Source: Candidatus Woesearchaeota archaeon
GTDB taxonomy: Archaea; Nanobdellota; Nanobdellia; Woesearchaeales; SKGA01
Assembly: GCA_046546105.1 (NCBI GenBank)
Contig: JBKGYN010000003.1
Span: forward strand, 2,178 to 66,177
Length of the DNA stretch: 64,000 nucleotides
Direction: 5' to 3'
The stretch's first letter is position 1. Each line of letters starts with the position of its first letter. Of this stretch, positions 47,484 to 57,427 are shown piece after piece. The notes beneath the pieces were generated by a model. It did not search any database and was not told the origin of the DNA. It saw only the letters and a program-made list of their open reading frames with translations. Made by a program: the position numbers and the translations under genes.

Positions 47484-47753
47484 ATGCAACAATACCATAT
47501 CATCATCAAAGGACGCGTCCAAGGCGTTAATTTCCGTAATTTCGTCAGACGTACCGCTCGCGAACTCAGTCTATACGGCTGGGTGAGAAACTCCGGCGAT
47601 GATGTCGAGATAGTCGCTCAAGGCCGGGAACAGCAGCTTGTCAAGCTATTGCAGCTGGTTCGCTCCGGTCCTCCCCTCGCCCGCGTCGATGATATCGATT
47701 ATGAGGCGAGGGAGCCCTCCAAAAAGTTCGACTCGTTCTTTATCAGGGCCTGA
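47484..47753 (+). CDS. acyP: Acylphosphatase
   Basis: KGRVQGVNFRNFV and GWVRNSGDDVEIVAQG are the two acylphosphatase signature motifs. Confidence 0.8.
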   Translation: MQQYHIIIKGRVQGVNFRNFVRRTARELSLYGWVRNSGDDVEIVAQGREQQLVKLLQLVRSGPPLARVDDIDYEAREPSKKFDSFFIRA

Positions 47754-47820
47754 AAAAACCCTCTTTTCACGACCAGTTAACAGTTAAACATAAAAATACA
47801 GTTTTCTTCCTGTTCTTGCT

Positions 47821-48255
47821 ATGACTGAAAACAAGATACTGGGACAGCCATTAGACGATGATGATAGTGTTATGACTCCCGTAACACCCACCCGAAAGGG
47901 TCGGAATCGTAAACCTCCTATCAATAAGATCGAAGCCAAGAAGGATAACGCGCTCTGGGAGATGGATGAGAAAGGGTATTTTCTCATAGATCCCCGTCCT
48001 GAAGAAGAAGTCATCTACGCTCATCACTATACTCCTGATAGGAAATACAATTGTTCGATCTCCGGAGAGACTGCTGAAGAGATCTATTATACGATCATAA
48101 AAGAAGAACTCGTGTCTTCTCTGCTTCATGCAGCATATCTCGGTGCAGAGCTTCAAAAAGCTGAGCTTGTCATCGCCTATGAGATCGCGACCTACGAGCA
48201 AGATAAATTCCTACACATCAACACCGATAAAGAGCAGGAAGAAGAGGAAGAATAG
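47821..48255 (+). CDS. Hypothetical protein
   Basis: 144-aa ORF with an acidic tail (EEEEE); no motif recognised. Confidence 0.4.
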   Translation: MTENKILGQPLDDDDSVMTPVTPTRKGRNRKPPINKIEAKKDNALWEMDEKGYFLIDPRPEEEVIYAHHYTPDRKYNCSISGETAEEIYYTIIKEELVSSLLHAAYLGAELQKAELVIAYEIATYEQDKFLHINTDKEQEEEEE

Positions 48256-48279
48256 ACGTTTCTGCGTTCTCTCACCCAA

Positions 48280-49713
48280 GTGATTGCCATGGTACGAACC
48301 GTAACTTTGAATGGAAAACCCTACAACCTCCCCGAGAAAAAACCAGAGCTCCTCATGCCGGCAGGTGATCTGCAGAAGGCCAAGTTCGCATTCGCCTTCG
48401 GCGCTGACGCCGTCTATGCTGGCGTGCCGGTCTTTGCGTTGCGTACCAGAGAGAACAAGTTCAACATAGAGCAAGTGAAAGAAGTCGTCGAATATGCTCA
48501 CAATCTTGGAAAAAAAATTTATCTCACGATCAACATCTATCCGCATAACGAGAAGATCGAACCATTCCTTAATGCCATGGACGAGATGGTCGATGTCAAG
48601 CCTGACGCATTCATCGTTTCCGACCCTGGCGTTCTCGATCTCGTGAAAGAACGCTGGCCTGATGTCGAGCTTCACTTATCAGTTCAGCAGAACAATATCA
48701 ACTGGGCGAGCGCTCGCTTCTGGGGCAAGCAGGGCATCAGTCGCATCATCCTTGCTAGGGAGCTCTCTCTTAAGGAGGTCAGAGAGATTGTCAAGAAGAA
48801 TCCTGAGATGGAGTTCGAATATTTCATTCATGGCTCCATGTGCATCGCGTATTCCGGTCGCTGCCTATTATCCTATTACTTGTCAGGACGTGATGCTAAT
48901 CAGGGCGTGTGCACCCAGCCGTGCCGTTGGCAGTACAAGGTGTTCAAGAGCGACAAGCCCGATTATGATTCTGCGTCGAGCAGACCCGATCCTGAAACGT
49001 ACAAACATCCTGAAGGGAATTATGTCATTGAAGAGCGTCTTCGTGAAGGCGAATTTCACCCTGTCGAGGAGGATGAGAATGGCACGTACATCATGAACTC
49101 TCGTGACATGTGCATGATTGATTATCTTGAGGATCTCATGGATGCTGGCGTGTGTTCCTTCAAGGTCGAGGGTCGTAACAAGAGCGTGTATTATGCTGCT
49201 ATCACTGCCAGGGCTTACCGGGAAGCGATCGATGCGATCTATGAAGGTGAGAAGCCTGATGTCAAACGACTCTTGACAGAACTCCAGAGTGCTGGTAATC
49301 GTGGTTTCATCCCAGGTTTTCTTGCAGGTGATCTTGGCGAGAAAGCGCAATGGTATGATAAGAATGGTCTCTTGCAGACTCATGTTTTTGCAGGCATCAT
49401 GACTGACTATGATAATACAGAAAATACCGTGACTATCGCCGCTCGTAACCGTATTGATGTGGGAGACACTATCGAACTCATAACACCGACCAAGACTATA
49501 CCAATCACTATCAATGAGATGACTGATGCTGACGGTAATTCCATCTCTACAGTCCATCCTGGTGCTGGCACATTCACAATATCACTTCCTGAAAACAGGA
49601 CTCTCGATAGCGAGTTTGCCGTCGCGCGGATGGAAGGTGAGCAGAAGCGAAAGAGTGACCAAAAGATAAGAGCGGAGAAAGGTGAAAGCGAACATGTTAT
49701 GTCTAGGGATTGA
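48280..49713 (+). CDS. Peptidase U32 family protein (RlhA/TrhP-like RNA hydroxylase family)
   Basis: U32 core motifs (E..H.S.C.AYSGRC) plus a conserved C-terminal domain; 477 aa. Confidence 0.7.
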   Translation: MIAMVRTVTLNGKPYNLPEKKPELLMPAGDLQKAKFAFAFGADAVYAGVPVFALRTRENKFNIEQVKEVVEYAHNLGKKIYLTINIYPHNEKIEPFLNAMDEMVDVKPDAFIVSDPGVLDLVKERWPDVELHLSVQQNNINWASARFWGKQGISRIILARELSLKEVREIVKKNPEMEFEYFIHGSMCIAYSGRCLLSYYLSGRDANQGVCTQPCRWQYKVFKSDKPDYDSASSRPDPETYKHPEGNYVIEERLREGEFHPVEEDENGTYIMNSRDMCMIDYLEDLMDAGVCSFKVEGRNKSVYYAAITARAYREAIDAIYEGEKPDVKRLLTELQSAGNRGFIPGFLAGDLGEKAQWYDKNGLLQTHVFAGIMTDYDNTENTVTIAARNRIDVGDTIELITPTKTIPITINEMTDADGNSISTVHPGAGTFTISLPENRTLDSEFAVARMEGEQKRKSDQKIRAEKGESEHVMSRD

Positions 49714-50857
49714 AAGCACCGCTCACACCTTCGGCGCCAGCGTCGTCACGGGTAGCGGTAACGTCTTGAGTAATGAGCGCCAGCTCTACACGACTGAATC
49801 CGGAGGCATCATTCCGAACAAGCTTTCTGAACATCATGTGGCTCATTGTGATACGATCATCAGGCAAGCTCTTGAGAAAGCTGATGTTTCTATCAAGGAC
49901 ATCGATCTCATCTCCTTCTCACAGAGTCCTGGAATAGGCCATGCTCTTCGTATCGGTGCTGCTGCTGCCAAGAGCTTGTCACTTCATCATGATATTCCTC
50001 TTGTGGGCGTCAATCATTGCATCGCTCATCTCGAGATTGGTCGGTTGAAAGCAAAACCAGAAAACCAGACCGCTGAATCCAGCACAACCGAACAATCGGA
50101 CGCAGAACTCAGTGAAGCAGCACAACAGAACACTGACAGACCGTGTGAAGATCCGATCCTTCTCTATGCCAGCGGTGCGAACACGCAGATCATCGGTTAC
50201 GAGGGTAAGAAATATCGTGTCTTCGGCGAGACGCTGGATAGTGGCGTTGGTAATTTCCTTGACAGCTTCGCACGTCACGTCGGTCTTGGTTTTCCAGGAG
50301 GTCCAAAAATCCAGGAGCTTGCAAGCAGGTCCGACAATTATATTCCGCTCCCGTATACTGTCAAGGGTATGGATGTGAGTTTTGGCGGTCTTCTGACAAA
50401 GCTCAAGACGATGTTCTCGACCGGCAAGTACAAGCTCGAGGACTTATGTTATAGCTTGCAGGAAGTAGCCTTCGCCATGCTTCTTGAAGTCAGCGAGCGA
50501 GCTCTCGCTCACACTGGTAAGAACGAGCTTCTTCTCGGCGGTGGTGTGGCGTGTAACACTCGCTTGCAGGAGATGGCTTCAAAAATGTGCGCTGACCGTG
50601 GTGCGACGTGTTATGTTCTTGACAACCAATATAATGTCGATAACGCTGCGATGATAGCATGGACAGGAATAATAACAGTGACCGGCGAACAGGGAACAGG
50701 AAACAGTGACAGCGACCAGCGAACAGGGAACAGGAAACAGCAGGAACAGAAAGCAGAAAACAGCGTTATCAACAAAGAACTTTGCACGCCAGTCACTGAA
50801 GCGAAGATCGAACCACACTTGCGCACCGATGATATTGAGATTATCTGGCGCGATTGA
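49694..50857 (+). CDS. kae1: tRNA N6-adenosine threonylcarbamoyltransferase Kae1 (KEOPS), with internal acidic insertion and low-complexity C-terminal tail
   Basis: MLCLGIESTAHTFGASVV N-terminus, HCIAHLE metal-binding His pair, GGGVACN; the ORF track starts at GTG 49682, the ATG is at 49694; the tail carries a 21-bp tandem DNA repeat (50686-50741). Confidence 0.8.
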   Translation: MLCLGIESTAHTFGASVVTGSGNVLSNERQLYTTESGGIIPNKLSEHHVAHCDTIIRQALEKADVSIKDIDLISFSQSPGIGHALRIGAAAAKSLSLHHDIPLVGVNHCIAHLEIGRLKAKPENQTAESSTTEQSDAELSEAAQQNTDRPCEDPILLYASGANTQIIGYEGKKYRVFGETLDSGVGNFLDSFARHVGLGFPGGPKIQELASRSDNYIPLPYTVKGMDVSFGGLLTKLKTMFSTGKYKLEDLCYSLQEVAFAMLLEVSERALAHTGKNELLLGGGVACNTRLQEMASKMCADRGATCYVLDNQYNVDNAAMIAWTGIITVTGEQGTGNSDSDQRTGNRKQQEQKAENSVINKELCTPVTEAKIEPHLRTDDIEIIWRD

Positions 50858-50875
50858 AAGAACTGAAACTTATAG

Positions 50876-51835
50876 TTGCCAATCAATGAATTAATGGCAA
50901 CATTTAAAAAAGAGACTTTCAGAATCAAGGCTAATCAAAAACCAAAGAGGGATCGTATGGAACACGAACTTGGTGAGGATTTCATGGAATTTAAGAAAGA
51001 TCTGGAAAAAAGGATAATTAATCAAGCACACGTTGTTTTTGAAGACACGCAATATGTTGAGAGTCTAAAGCAGGAGACAAGAAAATTCTGTCAAGAGAAT
51101 AATGACTTTTTGGAACACATATACAAATCTGCTAAAAAATATGATGAGTTGCTTGACCGATTGAATCTTGTTAAAGAGTATGATGAATCAAGGAATGCTG
51201 AATTGTCAACCGGAATAATCGCGTTGAACGGAACTTCAGGAGTAGGTCAATCATTTGTCATGAAATATATTCAAAAAGAATTGGAGAAAAACCAAATTCC
51301 TTTCGAAAGGATTTACCTTCTTGGAACAAGAGAACAAAGAGACAATGAAGGGCATAAGGACCCATACATCTTTGTGGATAAAACAAGAAACGGGTATGAA
51401 TGCATCCATACAGGAAAAGAGTACTCCGATTCAGATATTTATTTTGAATATGAGTCCAGACCAGGGGCGAACAATGCCATTGTAAAAGATGATATCTTAA
51501 AAGCGGACTCCAGATTATTATATTTGGAAACTGTTATTCCGACTCTTATAAAAATGAAAAATGAACCGTTGAGTGGTTTCTCTCCTTTAGATGATAAGTT
51601 GAAAGTCGCATACTTAGCCGCGGATTCTGGTACTGAATGGGTGAAACGTCTAGTGGCAAGAGAACCGCACAAGTTATCTGATAAGAAATTCTTGGATAAA
51701 TTAGTCGGCAGAGTCGACTCCTCACTAGCAGATATGGAAATAGCGGCGAAGGAGCAGATTCCGACTGCGGTTCACGTTCTTGACCATGGCGAGGAAACAG
51801 CGAAAAAAGTCCTTACAGCATGGAACATGAATTGA
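50876..51835 (+). CDS. Guanylate-kinase-like P-loop protein with degenerate Walker A (GTSGVGQS)
   Basis: ALNGTSGVGQSFV parallels GMP kinase GPSGVGKST but with Lys replaced by Gln; LGTREQRDNEGHKDPYIFVDK parallels TTRPPRPGEVDGVDYHFV; located in an AT-rich island. Confidence 0.45.
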   Translation: MPINELMATFKKETFRIKANQKPKRDRMEHELGEDFMEFKKDLEKRIINQAHVVFEDTQYVESLKQETRKFCQENNDFLEHIYKSAKKYDELLDRLNLVKEYDESRNAELSTGIIALNGTSGVGQSFVMKYIQKELEKNQIPFERIYLLGTREQRDNEGHKDPYIFVDKTRNGYECIHTGKEYSDSDIYFEYESRPGANNAIVKDDILKADSRLLYLETVIPTLIKMKNEPLSGFSPLDDKLKVAYLAADSGTEWVKRLVAREPHKLSDKKFLDKLVGRVDSSLADMEIAAKEQIPTAVHVLDHGEETAKKVLTAWNMN

Positions 51836-52100
51836 TTTTTTCTTTTTAATTCATTTTTTTTATTAGAAAGAACGACTGTAAATAACCATGAATATTGAAT
51901 AAAATAATAAATGGTATCGCCATGGTATTGCACGACGATTTCTGAAAACGACTTTTAACACGAAGGTCTGTTAGACAATGGTCGTCTGAACAAAAGATTT
52001 TTATACAGTTGAACTTGAACATATTTGGATAAAACAGAATTTCGACTCGAAAAGTGATCTGTTCGAATATATTGTAGATAATTTTTCGGATGGAAATGAT

Positions 52101-52490
52101 GTGGTTCTGATCAGGGGTTCTACAGCCTATGGCGAGATCAAAGAGTATTCTGACTTAGACATCGAAATCTATGGTATGGAAAGTAAAAAACCATTTTATG
52201 GAATCTTATTTTATCAGAGTAAGATCATCCTGTTAACAATTTATTTTTACAAATATGAAGAAGGTAATCCCGAGAAGCCTCCTGATAATGTGAGACTATT
52301 ACAAGGGCAGTATAATGATAGAATACGATCGATTTTTGAATATGAGGTCAAAAAGAAAGATTCCTATACAGAAGAGGAATTGATAATTAGAAAAAGACAA
52401 TTGTTTCTTGACTTATTCTTTGAGTACATGCGTTCTAATGATGATAAACTGCTCTCACAAATTCAGAATAAAATAAGATTCAAAGAATGA
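52101..52490 (+). CDS. Minimal nucleotidyltransferase (Pol-beta superfamily MNT)
   Basis: LIRGSTAYGEIKEYSDLDIEIY is the GS...G....SD.D motif; GTG start with no upstream in-frame ATG/GTG/TTG, although in-frame upstream codons read like a natural MNT N-terminus. Confidence 0.5.
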   Translation: MVLIRGSTAYGEIKEYSDLDIEIYGMESKKPFYGILFYQSKIILLTIYFYKYEEGNPEKPPDNVRLLQGQYNDRIRSIFEYEVKKKDSYTEEELIIRKRQLFLDLFFEYMRSNDDKLLSQIQNKIRFKE

Positions 52491-52494
52491 AAAT

Positions 52495-53223
52495 TCATAA
52501 CCGTTTCGTGAACACTGCCACTTCGTGCGGCTTCGATGATTTCTTCGTGCACACGTCCGTTTCTTCTTCCACTTTCAAATCCCTCACGTGAAATCCGTTG
52601 TGCGTCCAGAACGCTTTCGTGTGAATATCACCTTCTGCGATCGTATCCATGCACAGTAACACCTGCACCTCATTGACCTTCGCGTGTCTCACATACCTGT
52701 CAAGCAGCTTCGTTCCCACACCAAGACTTCTCGCCTTCGGTGCCACGACCACTTGCAACCGACCGTACTGCTTTGGCTTTTTCAGCTTCGATCGTGTCGA
52801 CTTTCCGAATAGATTCTTCCACGCCAACTTGATGCGATAGTGATAGTAGCTTGACGAATGCGCTATGGTCCTGAAAAGATAATAGAACAGATCACTGAGA
52901 TTCCTTGACCTTGTTTTCATCTGATATTTCCGGAGTGTGCCGAACGCTACACCCAAAAGCTCTCCTCTCTTCGAGAGCGCGATAAATGCTTGCGGTTTGT
53001 CAGTGCCGAAATAGAAGTTGAAATCCCGTTTGAGATCAGAAATAGACGGTTTGTGCTTGAAGTGACGATGATGCTCGTTCCAGCTGGTCGCAAGTAGTCT
53101 CAGGACTTTCCCGCGATAGGTGTGCGTATATTCTTGTATCGTCACTGCTTCTCCTTTGACCATAAGAATACAATTGATTCGAGGATTTTTAAATCTTGCT
53201 TTATAGGAAAAAATCACATCCAT
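52495..53223 (-). CDS. GNAT-family N-acetyltransferase
   Basis: QVVVAPKARSLGVGTKLL is the acetyl-CoA-binding motif A (Q/R-x-x-G-x-G/A). Confidence 0.55.
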   Translation of the reverse strand: MDVIFSYKARFKNPRINCILMVKGEAVTIQEYTHTYRGKVLRLLATSWNEHHRHFKHKPSISDLKRDFNFYFGTDKPQAFIALSKRGELLGVAFGTLRKYQMKTRSRNLSDLFYYLFRTIAHSSSYYHYRIKLAWKNLFGKSTRSKLKKPKQYGRLQVVVAPKARSLGVGTKLLDRYVRHAKVNEVQVLLCMDTIAEGDIHTKAFWTHNGFHVRDLKVEEETDVCTKKSSKPHEVAVFTKRL

Positions 53224-54395
53224 GATGACAGGCTTTTCTGCGATATTGAAAACAGCTTGCTCGCCTTGAGCAGTTCTGAAGCATCCTCACCGATCTTTGG
53301 CGTGATGAGCTTTTGCGCATGGCGTTTCGCTTCTGCTGTCGAACTTACACCAGCATCATCCGCCTTCTCAAGGGCCATTCTCACACCTTCACGAACCACC
53401 CACACGCCAAGCGGCACGGTGTATCTCTTCGTAATCACTCTGAAGACGATCACTCTGGCTTGCATCTTCTCCTGCCGGCACTTCTCGAGCGCTGCCAGTT
53501 TCGCTGCATAGTAAGCTCCTGAGGTGTTTGACGCGTACTTTTTCCTTCCTTGTTGGAACTCGTAATCCTGCGTTATCGTCACTTCGTCCGTGCTGTTGTA
53601 GATACAATGCGGTACTGCCATCTCGAACAGTTCGAAACTCCACGGACCAGGCAAAAAGAGTATCACATACTCATTACCCATATATTCTCCGGTGTAGACA
53701 CGATAATCTTTCTCTTGATAATCAAGCACCACATCCCTGAACCGGTCTGAAATCGTGTCATCCACTGCTGTAATCGACCATTTCGTCGGCACGAGTTTTC
53801 GCTTCTGACCCAGAGTTCCCACGCTGAACAACTTGGTGAGATAATGCTCATCGAACCCTTTTGAATTCAATTCGTGAAGTGCTGTCGTCGCCTTGACATC
53901 AGTATCCGAGGTTAATCGTTCGATAGGCCGAGGTATATGAGGATTTGAAGTCAGCATCAGCTTTCGGAGTTCTCCTGAAGGACCGTGAGGCATGTTCCGT
54001 TCGTCAAAGGACATTCCTGGCGTGACCGCTTTTTTCAGGAACACTTCCGAATCGACCGATCGCTTGCTTTTTGCCAAGTCCCCTGCTTGTTCCGTGAATC
54101 GTGAGTTCATCGTCTTGACGTTCGTCATGACTCTGGAATTGACAAGAGATTGTCGTGACTGCAGCACTCGATCGATATCATGCCGTTTTGCCACGATGTC
54201 TTTAGGGTCGTCCACCGAGCCGCCGATGTCATCGACCAGCGCTCCTGTCGATACGTCCGGATAGCCGTAGGAGCCGATGAGTAGGTTCGGTACTTTTCCG
54301 GAGAAATAATTCTTCGATCTCTTCTTGAGCGTTCCCGACTTTTGATAGAGAATTGACTTGTCAGGCTCTTCCTTCTTCCTGAATCTGACCCCCAT
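53214..54395 (-). CDS. Conserved hypothetical protein, possibly Nre-family (DNA-repair-associated)
   Basis: 394 aa from the internal Met MGVRFRKKEEP; C-terminal TVPLGVWVVREGVR resembles what I recall of the NreA C-domain (LGVW.VRE); no zinc-finger cysteines. Confidence 0.3.
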   Translation of the reverse strand: MGVRFRKKEEPDKSILYQKSGTLKKRSKNYFSGKVPNLLIGSYGYPDVSTGALVDDIGGSVDDPKDIVAKRHDIDRVLQSRQSLVNSRVMTNVKTMNSRFTEQAGDLAKSKRSVDSEVFLKKAVTPGMSFDERNMPHGPSGELRKLMLTSNPHIPRPIERLTSDTDVKATTALHELNSKGFDEHYLTKLFSVGTLGQKRKLVPTKWSITAVDDTISDRFRDVVLDYQEKDYRVYTGEYMGNEYVILFLPGPWSFELFEMAVPHCIYNSTDEVTITQDYEFQQGRKKYASNTSGAYYAAKLAALEKCRQEKMQARVIVFRVITKRYTVPLGVWVVREGVRMALEKADDAGVSSTAEAKRHAQKLITPKIGEDASELLKASKLFSISQKSLSSWM

Positions 54396-54504
54396 GATAA
54401 ACCTATGAAGATGTTCGTGTTTAAAAAAAGTTCGATACGAACGCAGTTTATAAGTCAAAAAACGGAATATGAGAAGAAATAGAGAAGAGAAAAAGAAAAG
54501 AAGC

Positions 54505-55131
54505 TTATAATACATCTAAATGTCCAAGTATATCATCATAGGAGTACAGAACAGGAATCCTGAAGCGTTCAATCTTGTTTCCGTCCATATCAACAGGAAT
54601 GACAAGTTCCATATCATCAGTATAATCATTCCAATCAATCAGGACAATATCATTCGAACCTTTTTGAATGGCTGAATCCGTTGAATCGTGAAATACGATA
54701 TTTTTTGAATTTGGAAGATATTCTCTAGCCAGGTCTTCACCCACAGCAGTATGAACCTTGCTTCTCTCTACATCTGACATACGCATAAGTTTTTTTTCGG
54801 TTCCGACCAGCGTCAAACCACTTTCAAGGCGCTTTTCAAAACCATTGTTCACTTCACTTTGATGTGCAAGTCGTCCTACAAGCACCACATCCACAGAGCC
54901 CTTATTCAATTCATCAAGAGCTTGGGCAGTAGATTCGTGATGAACCAATGAAACATGCTCATTCTTTGAAGCAATTTCTTCAGCCAAATCGTTCATCGTC
55001 GGACAATGACCGAGTGTGACAGGATCTTTTGCTGTAGAATCTTCAGTGACATCACCTGTGACACTGCAACCAGTCATGGACAGCACTACAGCAATCGCTA
55101 GTATCCCCAACATCAAAGTCTTGCTCTTCAT
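54505..55131 (-). CDS. Lipoprotein with periplasmic-binding-like domain
   Basis: Lipobox LSMTGCS after a signal peptide (start taken at MKSKTLMLG); first gene downstream of lplA in the operon. Confidence 0.45.
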   Translation of the reverse strand: MKSKTLMLGILAIAVVLSMTGCSVTGDVTEDSTAKDPVTLGHCPTMNDLAEEIASKNEHVSLVHHESTAQALDELNKGSVDVVLVGRLAHQSEVNNGFEKRLESGLTLVGTEKKLMRMSDVERSKVHTAVGEDLAREYLPNSKNIVFHDSTDSAIQKGSNDIVLIDWNDYTDDMELVIPVDMDGNKIERFRIPVLYSYDDILGHLDVL

Positions 55132-55176
55132 TTTACATACCTTTAAAAAATAATACAATAGTCAATTCTTAGTATT

Positions 55177-56097
55177 TCAACGATTGTTTTTTCCTGAATA
55201 AACAGTCTCTTGTTCTTCTTCAACAAGATCGACAAAACAATGACCTAAAAATCGCTGTCCCGAACCATGAGATTTCACATTTAGTTCTTTTTCATATTTA
55301 TGTATAGTATCTTCATCAAGGACTGAAAATTTAGTTTCATACAATGTTCCAAAGACTTCTTCCAGTGATTGTTTGAAAGTTCTTTTGAATTCTGTTACTG
55401 TCATCCCTATATCCTCTAGTCCTATAATCTTCTCGAGTTCTCGTTTTTCACTTCTTATAAATTCTAGCGAAGAGTTACTAGGGTCAGTTTTTTTCCCTTG
55501 TAAATCATAAAATTCACCCTCTACTTCAAGGTATTTTGAATCATCGGAAACCCACAATTCTCTTAACCTCAGGACTTTTTCGATAGTATCCATATCGAAT
55601 TTTTTTATGTTTATGACACCATCAAATTGAGTTATTGTATTATAGGATTTCATTGCATGTCCTGCAATAGGAACTAACCCATCATCAAGTTCATACCTTA
55701 AATAATAATTTCCGACTATTGAGAATTTCTCTCCCAGATTTTTCGCTAAAGGGAATGTGATTGATTTATATGCGTCGTGAATATTGAATTTATCACCGAA
55801 TTTCTCAGAATTGTAGAATACACTGTAACACAATGTCAGATTTGGTCCTGTTACTATAGCTGATCCCCCTGTCGGTCTTGAAGTTATTTCATAACCTTCC
55901 TGTTTACAGAAATCAACATTAACATCATCGATACTTTCTCGATTCCCTAATATGATTCCTTTATCGTGTAAGTAAGTTCTGGCAATCACATCATATTTTC
56001 CTTGGTGTATCAAATCAACACAATACCTGTTTATGGCGAGATTTTCTGAAGGTGATTTTACAACATCATCATTCCAAAATATGTTTCTCTCGTTCAT
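55177..56097 (-). CDS. lplA: Lipoate-protein ligase A-like (BPL/LplA/LipB family)
   Basis: ITSRPTGGSAIVTGPNLTLCYSVFY parallels the LplA motif RRSSGGGAVFHDLGN...; the conserved Lys region (HAMKSY) is present. Confidence 0.6.
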   Translation of the reverse strand: MNERNIFWNDDVVKSPSENLAINRYCVDLIHQGKYDVIARTYLHDKGIILGNRESIDDVNVDFCKQEGYEITSRPTGGSAIVTGPNLTLCYSVFYNSEKFGDKFNIHDAYKSITFPLAKNLGEKFSIVGNYYLRYELDDGLVPIAGHAMKSYNTITQFDGVINIKKFDMDTIEKVLRLRELWVSDDSKYLEVEGEFYDLQGKKTDPSNSSLEFIRSEKRELEKIIGLEDIGMTVTEFKRTFKQSLEEVFGTLYETKFSVLDEDTIHKYEKELNVKSHGSGQRFLGHCFVDLVEEEQETVYSGKNNR

Positions 56098-56100
56098 AGT

Positions 56101-57417
56101 CTATCGCCTTACGAACTGTAATTTCTTCAGACACAAATCTGCAACGATGGTCAAAGGATCGAAAATTGGTGCTGAGGCAGGGTTATAACAGGTCTCGAGA
56201 TTGGCCAATTCTTGTACAGTCACACCTTTTTGAATCGCTAAAGCAATCATATTCAAGCGGCCGACGACTTCGGCATCACCGATTATTTGCCCTCCAATGA
56301 TCTTTCCTGAATGGTCACAGAGTAATTGTAACGTAATACGTTCTTCTGATGGATAATATTCAGACCTTGCAGAGGCAGTATATTTTGCAGAGATTGTTTT
56401 GATATCAAGCTCTGTTGTTCGTCGTTTAGTCATCCCGACAGCTCCTATGTAGAACTCTCCGATTTTTGATATCGTATTATTCATCACAGGAGGGAATTTC
56501 TCACTGCCTCCGAGAATATTACTCGCAATGACCTTCGCCTGCCTGACAGCTGTTGTTCCCAACTGGCTGAATATCCGTTTTCCGGAATTAGCTTCATACG
56601 ATTCTACACAATCCCCACAGGCGAATATGTTCTTATCGGATGTTCTCATGTGATCATCGACGAGAATTCCTTTATTGACATCAAGGCCGGTTTCTTTCCC
56701 TATACTCGTGTCAGGTCTGACTCCTGTACATATGAAAAGATCCTCATATGAGATTTCTTGCGTATCAGTAATGACTGAATCAGAGGTTACTTCTGAAATG
56801 CGCTCGCCAGAATATAGTTGTATACCATTTGACTTCAAGTATTCTTCAAGGTCTTTTGCTATAGCTTCATCCAACAAAGCCGGCAGGATATTCTCTTTCG
56901 CTTCGACAAGAGAGACATTCTCACCTTTGCTTGCAAGGGAGAAAGCCAATTCCACACCCACCATACCAGCACCGACAACCACTGATTTTCTGCCGGATTT
57001 CATCCTCTCATGAATTTTTTTGGCATCTTCGATCGTATTCAAACAAGTGTAGTTTGCATTCTCCAAACCTTGTATTGGAGGAACGAAAGAATCGCTTCCT
57101 GTTGCAAGAACAAGATAATCGTATGGAACATCCTTATCATGGGCAAGAAGAAGCGTTTTTGCATCTCTATCGATAGCCTTGACTTCAGAGTTTTGCAAGA
57201 GCTTGATGTTATTCTCCTCATAATCCTTCTTTTTGAAAATGAAAATATCATCAAAAGAGGGTATCTCACCTGAAAGCACATACGGTAGTGCACATGAAGA
57301 ATACTCTGTATTGGACGTTTTTTCAATAAGGAGTATCTCAACTTCCTTATCTGACCTCCTTAATTCAAATGCACACGTAGTGCCTGCACTACCCCCTCCG
57401 ATAATCACGACTCTCAT
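56101..57417 (-). CDS. FAD-dependent pyridine-nucleotide-disulfide oxidoreductase, NADH oxidase/CoA-disulfide reductase type (single redox Cys)
   Basis: FAD fold VVIIGGGSAGTTCA, single active-site Cys in SSCALPY (Nox/Npx/Cdr hallmark), NADH fold VVVGAGMVGVELA. Confidence 0.75.
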   Translation of the reverse strand: MRVVIIGGGSAGTTCAFELRRSDKEVEILLIEKTSNTEYSSCALPYVLSGEIPSFDDIFIFKKKDYEENNIKLLQNSEVKAIDRDAKTLLLAHDKDVPYDYLVLATGSDSFVPPIQGLENANYTCLNTIEDAKKIHERMKSGRKSVVVGAGMVGVELAFSLASKGENVSLVEAKENILPALLDEAIAKDLEEYLKSNGIQLYSGERISEVTSDSVITDTQEISYEDLFICTGVRPDTSIGKETGLDVNKGILVDDHMRTSDKNIFACGDCVESYEANSGKRIFSQLGTTAVRQAKVIASNILGGSEKFPPVMNNTISKIGEFYIGAVGMTKRRTTELDIKTISAKYTASARSEYYPSEERITLQLLCDHSGKIIGGQIIGDAEVVGRLNMIALAIQKGVTVQELANLETCYNPASAPIFDPLTIVADLCLKKLQFVRR

Positions 57418-57427
57418 TGGAATAACC

